Shown here: piece after piece, positions 27,422 through 32,000 of the stretch
Position numbering within the stretch: the first letter of the stretch is position 1
Layout: each line of letters starts with the position of its first letter
Assembly: GCF_000010065.1 (NCBI RefSeq)
Contig: NC_006576.1
Location: 1,080,001-1,112,000 of the forward strand
From: Synechococcus elongatus PCC 6301
GTDB taxonomy: Bacteria; Cyanobacteriota; Cyanobacteriia; Synechococcales; Synechococcaceae
Length of the DNA stretch: 32,000 bases
Direction of reading: 5' to 3'
Made by a program: the position numbers and the translations under genes
Notes under the pieces: generated by a model
What the model saw: the letters and a program-made list of their open reading frames with translations, nothing else
Database searches by the model: none
Told to the model about the DNA's origin: nothing

Positions 27422-28290
27422 ATGACACTGGATATCGTTCTTGGCTCAATCAACCGATTGACTTTACCTTGCCAGGCGTCATCAACTCGGCAGTCCAGAA
27501 CAGTCGCCAGCGCGAGACTTTACGATTCAATATTGTTGTGCCGACGGGGCAAACTGAGCATTTTCAAGCCCTGCTCGAAACAACCTTTCCCTCGCCGCAG
27601 TTCCAGTGGCGACTCGGGACTTTTCAACCCTCTGCCGATCTGGCAGATTACCTCGCCCACAAATACAGTCGCGATCGCGGCGAGCGACTACTAGGGCGCT
27701 TCATGCAGTTCTCACGCGTCTGGCTGCCGCAGGTGTTTCCGGACCTAACGCGGATTCTTTATTTCGATACTGATGTTGTTCTGCTTGAAGACCCAGCCAT
27801 TCTCGATCAACAAGCAGGAGACTTCAACGATCAGATTTTCTTTGCAGCTGTGCCTCACTCTCGACCTGCTTGGCTGTATTTCAAGAAGCCATGGCGAGCC
27901 CACAGCTACATTAAAGCCATGGGAACCACCTTTAACAGTGGCGTGATGGTGACTGACCTACGCTTCTGGACAGAGGCGGTCTATCAACGTATCCAAGCGG
28001 CCCTCGATCGCGATCGCCAATTCCGCTATCGCTTCTTGGAACCTGGTGACGAGGCTCTCCTCAACGCCTGCTTCCCGAACTACCGTGCCCTACCAAAGCG
28101 CTGGAACCGCTGTGGCTATGGCAATGCTCGCTTTGTCGCTCGGCTGTTGGCCTGTGATCCACAAGAGGCAGCAATCATTCACTGGAGCGGCGGTCATCAT
28201 AAGCCGTGGAATACCCACGACATCATCTATGGCGATCTCTGGCGGCGCTATGCCAATCTCCCGGGCCTACTCCTACCCAACCCCATCTAG
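27422..28290 (+). CDS. Glycosyltransferase family 8-like protein with an apparent frame break near the N-terminus
   Basis: Body in frame 27469..28290 has ILYFDTDVVLLED (DxD), AMGTTFNSGVMVTDLRFW, GDEALLNACFPNYRALPKRWNRCG, IIHWSGGHHKPW. The expected first beta-strand (MTLDIVLGS) is in another frame starting at ATG 27422. Confidence 0.8.
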
Positions 28291-28671
28291 CTGGCTACTG
28301 CTCCTAAAACCAAGACAAGCGATCGCTGTTCTCTCGCTGTCTATATTGATGCAGCAGCAAACTCAATATTTAATTTGAGAGCCGCATTTAACTCTATCCA
28401 GAAAACTACAATCATAGATACAAGAGTGCTACCAACCAAAAACAAAAACCCTAATTCTATAGACAAAGAGCGATAGCTATTAGCTGGTTAACACATATTC
28501 TGTAAGGCATGAATACTTCTAGAAAATTTCAGGACTTCACTGCATCCTAAAGAACTCATAAAACATCTGTCATTGTCTCGCTTGAACACTAAATTGAAGT
28601 CAATAGCCCTTAGTGGCCAGAATTACATTTGAGAAGGGTTAAGGATGTTGAGCCATCCTGAAGGGGGATCT

Positions 28672-29481
28672 GTGAACAGGGCCTACGCTTACCTCGGTCT
28701 GCTCCTACTCGTGAGCTCTTACTTCACTGCTCCAGCGATCGCTCGGCCAGTGCGTGGGGGTGGCAGTCGCCCCAGCATCAGTAGACCTGTAACCCGACCT
28801 GCTCCCAGTCGGCCAAATGTGAGCCGACCCGTTACGACACCTAATCGTCCCAATATCACTCGACCGATTAATACGCCAAACCGACCCGTTAATGCTCCTA
28901 GTCGGCCTATCACCACTCCTAACCGACCTATCAACAACCCCAATCGGCCCATCAACACGCCAAATCGACCGATTATCAATCAGCCGATCAATAATCGACC
29001 AATCATTAATCGCCCAATTGGTTCTGGCAATACGATCATCAACAACCGCCCAATCAATATCAACAACATCAATACTCGTCCCAATTGGGTCAATCGGAAT
29101 TGGGCAGCCTCTAGGCCTTGGGGAGGTTATGGTTGGTATGGTAGCTGGGCTAATCCACCTTGGGGGTGGTGGACCGCCAATACTGCTATCTGGGGAATTA
29201 CATCTCTTGCCAGCGCTGCCATCATCAGTAGCTCGATTGATAATGCTGTCAGCACAAACGTTGTCTATATTCCAGTTCCTAACAGTTCCTATGAGCTTTA
29301 CTATGGAACCATTGCGCCGACTAGTAGTAGTGTGACAACCTTTGCCTTTGGCTATGAAGGTCAAACCTATCAAGCAGTAGCAGATTGTCAGCAAGGGCTA
29401 CTGAATGGTCAGCCTCCCACGACTGCTGCAGAAGCTGAACTTTTGAATGCTGCTTGTCAGGTTGCTTTTGCCAGCTTCTAG
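28672..29481 (+). CDS. Secreted or surface repeat protein with Asn/Pro/Arg/Ile-rich region
   Basis: GTG start at 28672 preceded by GAAGGGGG, signal peptide VNRAYAYLGLLLLVSSYFTAPAIA, NRPI repeats, Trp/Gly-rich segment, and a C-terminal domain with two Cys. Track ORF begins at 28645. Confidence 0.75.
   Translation: MNRAYAYLGLLLLVSSYFTAPAIARPVRGGGSRPSISRPVTRPAPSRPNVSRPVTTPNRPNITRPINTPNRPVNAPSRPITTPNRPINNPNRPINTPNRPIINQPINNRPIINRPIGSGNTIINNRPININNINTRPNWVNRNWAASRPWGGYGWYGSWANPPWGWWTANTAIWGITSLASAAIISSSIDNAVSTNVVYIPVPNSSYELYYGTIAPTSSSVTTFAFGYEGQTYQAVADCQQGLLNGQPPTTAAEAELLNAACQVAFASF
28768..29055 (+). repeat. Degenerate in-frame tandem repeat encoding (N/T)(T/N/A)P(N/S)RP(I/V) heptads, then (I/N)NxPI pentads
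   Basis: Translation: NTPNRPV-NAPSRPI-TTPNRPI-NNPNRPI-NTPNRPI-INQPI-NNRPI-INRPI. Confidence 0.85.
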
Positions 29482-29504
29482 GAATTGATGAAGGTGTTTT
29501 AAAG

Positions 29505-29528
29505 GGTGGGCGATCGCTCACCTTTTTT
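29505..29528 (+). terminator. Intrinsic terminator of the repeat protein, HIP1-containing
   Basis: GGTGGGC-GATC-GCTCACC stem-loop followed by TTTTTT, 23 nt after the stop. Confidence 0.8.
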
Positions 29529-29585
29529 GTCTGCTTGAGTCTTCCATTTTACGAGCGATTGCTGGCAATTTTAGCCTCAGAAGTG

Positions 29586-30482
29586 CTACAGCACCGGATC
29601 GCTAGCGCCAAACCGTAGACGCAACAGAGACAACGTCAACACGACTAAAAACAGTGCAAGACCAACAGTACAGGCATAACTGACTTCTAGCTTTTGAAAG
29701 GCCTGCTGATAGACATAATAGACAACAGTTTTAGAGCTATTGAGTGGGCCTCCTTGGGTCATGATGAAAACTTCTTCAAAGACCTTGGTTGCAGAAATTG
29801 CTGAAATCACCGCAACCAGAACAAGGTAGGGACGCATCAGGGGCAGCGTGATGTCTAAGTGGCGTCGCCAGCCATCCGAACCATCCAAGGCCGCAGCTTC
29901 GTAGAGTTCGAGAGGGATGCCCTGTAAACCGGCGAGATAAATCACCATGTAGTAGCCCAGTCCTTTCCAGACCGTCACGGCCATCACACTGAAGAGCGCC
30001 AAGGCTGGACTGGTCAGCCAAGGAATCGGTTGGAATCCTTCGCCAAACACCAACTGCCCGAGTTGGTTGAGTAGACCTGTTTCGGCATAGAGCCACCGCC
30101 AAGCAATTCCTGCAACCACGATCGAGACAATGACGGGGGTGTAGTAGGCCAAGCGGAATAGAGTAATGCCGCGTAGTGGGCGATTGACCAAGATTGCTAG
30201 GCCCAACGGTAGAAAGACCAGCAGCGGCACGACACCAATGAGATAGATAAACGTATTGCCAAGAGTTTTCCAAAAGACGGCATCGTTAAGCAGCCGCTGA
30301 AAATTTTCGAGGCCGACCCACTGGGGCGATCGCGTCAGGTTGTAGTCAAAGCGGGTGAAGCTGAAATAAAAGGCTTGCAGCGCTGGCCAAAACACCGTCA
30401 GACCAAGGATTGTCAGCGCCGGTGCCAAGAATAAGTAGGGGGACAGGCGATCGCGCAATGCAGTCATGGACACCTCTGGCAC
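29586..30482 (-). CDS. Sugar ABC transporter permease (MalF/UgpA type)
   Basis: LFLAPALTILGLTVFWPALQAFYFSFTRFD, WRWLYAETGLLNQ, EAAALDGSDGWRRHLDITLPLMRP (EAA loop). Confidence 0.93.
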   Translation of the reverse strand: MPEVSMTALRDRLSPYLFLAPALTILGLTVFWPALQAFYFSFTRFDYNLTRSPQWVGLENFQRLLNDAVFWKTLGNTFIYLIGVVPLLVFLPLGLAILVNRPLRGITLFRLAYYTPVIVSIVVAGIAWRWLYAETGLLNQLGQLVFGEGFQPIPWLTSPALALFSVMAVTVWKGLGYYMVIYLAGLQGIPLELYEAAALDGSDGWRRHLDITLPLMRPYLVLVAVISAISATKVFEEVFIMTQGGPLNSSKTVVYYVYQQAFQKLEVSYACTVGLALFLVVLTLSLLRLRFGASDPVL

Positions 30483-30546
30483 AGATAACCGAGGGCGAAG
30501 GCCCCGAAGGTAAAATACTGGTTTCCCCGCTCGGCGTCAGCTTGCC

Positions 30547-31653
30547 ATGTCCGTTCAAATCCCTGTTGCTCTGCCGCAAAACGCCTACGAGATTGCGATC
30601 GCGAATGGGGGATTGGCCGCAGCAGGGACTTGGTTGCAGCAAGCTGATCTGAAGGCGGGCACGAAACTTCTGATTGTGACCAACCCGGCGATCGGGCGGC
30701 GTTACGGCGATCGCCTCGTGGCAGCACTGCAAGAAGCAGGTTTCATCGTCGACTGCCTGACCCTACCGGCTGGCGAACGCTACAAAACGCCAGCAACAGT
30801 TCAACGCATCTATGACAAAGCCCTAGAACTGCGGCTGGAGCGCCGTTCGGCCTTGGTCGCCTTGGGTGGCGGCGTGATTGGTGACATGACAGGTTTTGCG
30901 GCGGCAACCTGGTTGCGCGGCATTAGCTTTGTGCAGATCCCGACCTCCCTGCTGGCAATGGTTGATGCTTCGATTGGGGGCAAAACCGGCGTCAATCATC
31001 CCCGTGGCAAAAACCTGATCGGGGCGTTTCATCAACCCAAGCTGGTGCTAATTGATCCAGAAACGCTACAAACCCTGCCCGTACGGGAGTTCCGTGCCGG
31101 CATGGCTGAGGTAATTAAGTATGGCGTGATTTGGGATCGGGATTTGTTTGAGCGGTTGGAAGCAAGCCCCTTTCTCGATCGCCCGCGATCGCTACCGGCC
31201 AATCTCCTAACGCTGATCTTAGAGCGCTCCTGTCGCGCCAAAGCAGAGGTGGTTGCCAAGGATGAAAAAGAATCGGGCTTGCGGGCCATCCTCAACTACG
31301 GCCATACGATTGGCCACGCCGTCGAAAGTCTGACAGGCTATCGCATCGTTAACCATGGCGAAGCTGTGGCGATCGGGATGGTTGCGGCGGGACGGCTGGC
31401 TGTGGCGCTAGGACTCTGGAATCAGGATGAATGTGATCGCCAAGAAGCCGTGATTGCTAAAGCGGGCTTACCAACACGCCTACCAGAAGGGATTGATCAA
31501 GCTGCAATCGTCGAGGCTCTACAACTCGACAAAAAAGTGCAGGCAGGCAAGGTACGGTTTATTCTGCCAACGACGCTCGGCCACGTCACGATTACCGATC
31601 AGGTACCGAGCCAAACCCTGCAAGAGGTGCTGCAGGCGATCGCCAACCCCTAA
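30547..31653 (+). CDS. aroB: 3-dehydroquinate synthase
   Basis: [93 protein letters not shown]. Confidence 0.97.
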   Translation: MSVQIPVALPQNAYEIAIANGGLAAAGTWLQQADLKAGTKLLIVTNPAIGRRYGDRLVAALQEAGFIVDCLTLPAGERYKTPATVQRIYDKALELRLERRSALVALGGGVIGDMTGFAAATWLRGISFVQIPTSLLAMVDASIGGKTGVNHPRGKNLIGAFHQPKLVLIDPETLQTLPVREFRAGMAEVIKYGVIWDRDLFERLEASPFLDRPRSLPANLLTLILERSCRAKAEVVAKDEKESGLRAILNYGHTIGHAVESLTGYRIVNHGEAVAIGMVAAGRLAVALGLWNQDECDRQEAVIAKAGLPTRLPEGIDQAAIVEALQLDKKVQAGKVRFILPTTLGHVTITDQVPSQTLQEVLQAIANP

Positions 31654-31676
31654 GACCTACCGTTGGAGATAGGTGA

Positions 31677-32000
31677 ATGTCCGTTGAAGAAGCCAGTAAA
31701 GCGGTTGTCCGCAACTATGTTGAAGCCTTCAATCGGGGTGATCTTGCAGCCCTCAAAAGCACTCCTAGCAGAGGATGCTGAGATCCAGGGCGTTTTGGGA
31801 CAAGGGCTTTTCGATCGAATCGAGCCCGTTTGGCGTCAATTGATCGAGGGCTACGGCATGCAATTGAGCATCCAAGAACTGATTGCGGAAGGCAATGTGG
31901 TTGCCGCTCGATACCTCGAAACAGGAACGTTTCGGAAGCCAGCGTTTGGACAGCAACCGACAGGTCGATCCTATGAGCTGGTGGCGATCGAATGGTTTGA
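31677..32000 (+). pseudogene. SnoaL-like (NTF2-fold) ORF interrupted by a one-base frameshift (3' end beyond the window)
   Basis: Frame from ATG 31677 reads MSVEEASKAVVRNYVEAFNRGDLAALK, then runs to TGA at 31779. The +1 frame continues ALLAEDAEIQGVLGQGLFDRIEPVWRQLIEGYGMQLSIQELIAEGNVVAARYLETGTFRKPAFG. The break is at AAAA 31755..31758. Confidence 0.65.

Noticed and set aside
27212-27694. 160-aa plus-strand ORF over the pgl / GT8 intergenic region
   Set aside because: Most of it is antisense to pgl or out of frame with the glycosyltransferase. Only its short MTLDIVLGS segment is meaningful and is reported as part of the frame-break finding.
28768-29055. Repeat array considered as a CRISPR
   Set aside because: Units are contiguous 21-nt and 15-nt coding repeats without unique spacers, inside an open reading frame.
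28705-29394. 229-aa minus-strand ORF and 147-aa plus-strand alternate-frame ORF (28892..29335) over the repeat protein
   Set aside because: Repetitive DNA keeps several frames open. Only the chosen frame has a signal peptide, ribosome-binding site and sensible domain layout.

Overview
The window reads as an ordinary, gene-dense, mostly core-genome stretch of a unicellular cyanobacterial chromosome. The abundant HIP1 octamer (GCGATCGC) and the psaC / acpP / fabF / tktA block point to Synechococcus elongatus or a close relative (inference from memory, no database used). Recognisable genes, left to right: hslO (Hsp33, 5' truncated), a CPP1/J-like membrane protein, an OmpR-type response regulator, a YgjP-like metallopeptidase, ychF, an HlyD-type efflux adaptor, wecB, a small membrane protein, a DUF6464-like protein, a TerC-family protein, a duplicated-motif cyanobacterial protein, a CPA2 antiporter with a C-terminal USP-like region, a YciI-like protein, an FMN reductase, lipA, a PIN/RHH toxin-antitoxin-like pair, a CPBP protease, tktA, fabF, acpP, psaC, glmS, a DUF433/DUF5615 toxin-antitoxin-like pair, a TPR protein, queG, pgl, a GT8-like glycosyltransferase, an NRPI-repeat secreted protein, a sugar ABC permease, aroB and a frameshifted SnoaL-like ORF. 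I saw no CRISPR array, IS element, prophage, rRNA or obvious tRNA, and nothing that convincingly forms a new multi-gene system. The best second-look items are: (1) a one-base poly-A frameshift in the SnoaL-like ORF at the right edge; (2) an apparent N-terminal frame break in the GT8-like gene; (3) HIP1 palindromes forming the hairpins of two intrinsic terminators; (4) three convergent gene pairs whose stop codons share a 4-nt palindrome; (5) a toxin-first PIN/RHH pair and a 4-nt-overlapping DUF433/DUF5615 pair in an AT-richer pocket next to glmS; (6) a secreted (N/T)xPNRPI heptad-repeat protein; (7) a cyanobacterial protein with a duplicated ~40-aa module; (8) several unannotated small ORFs or possible sRNA loci.
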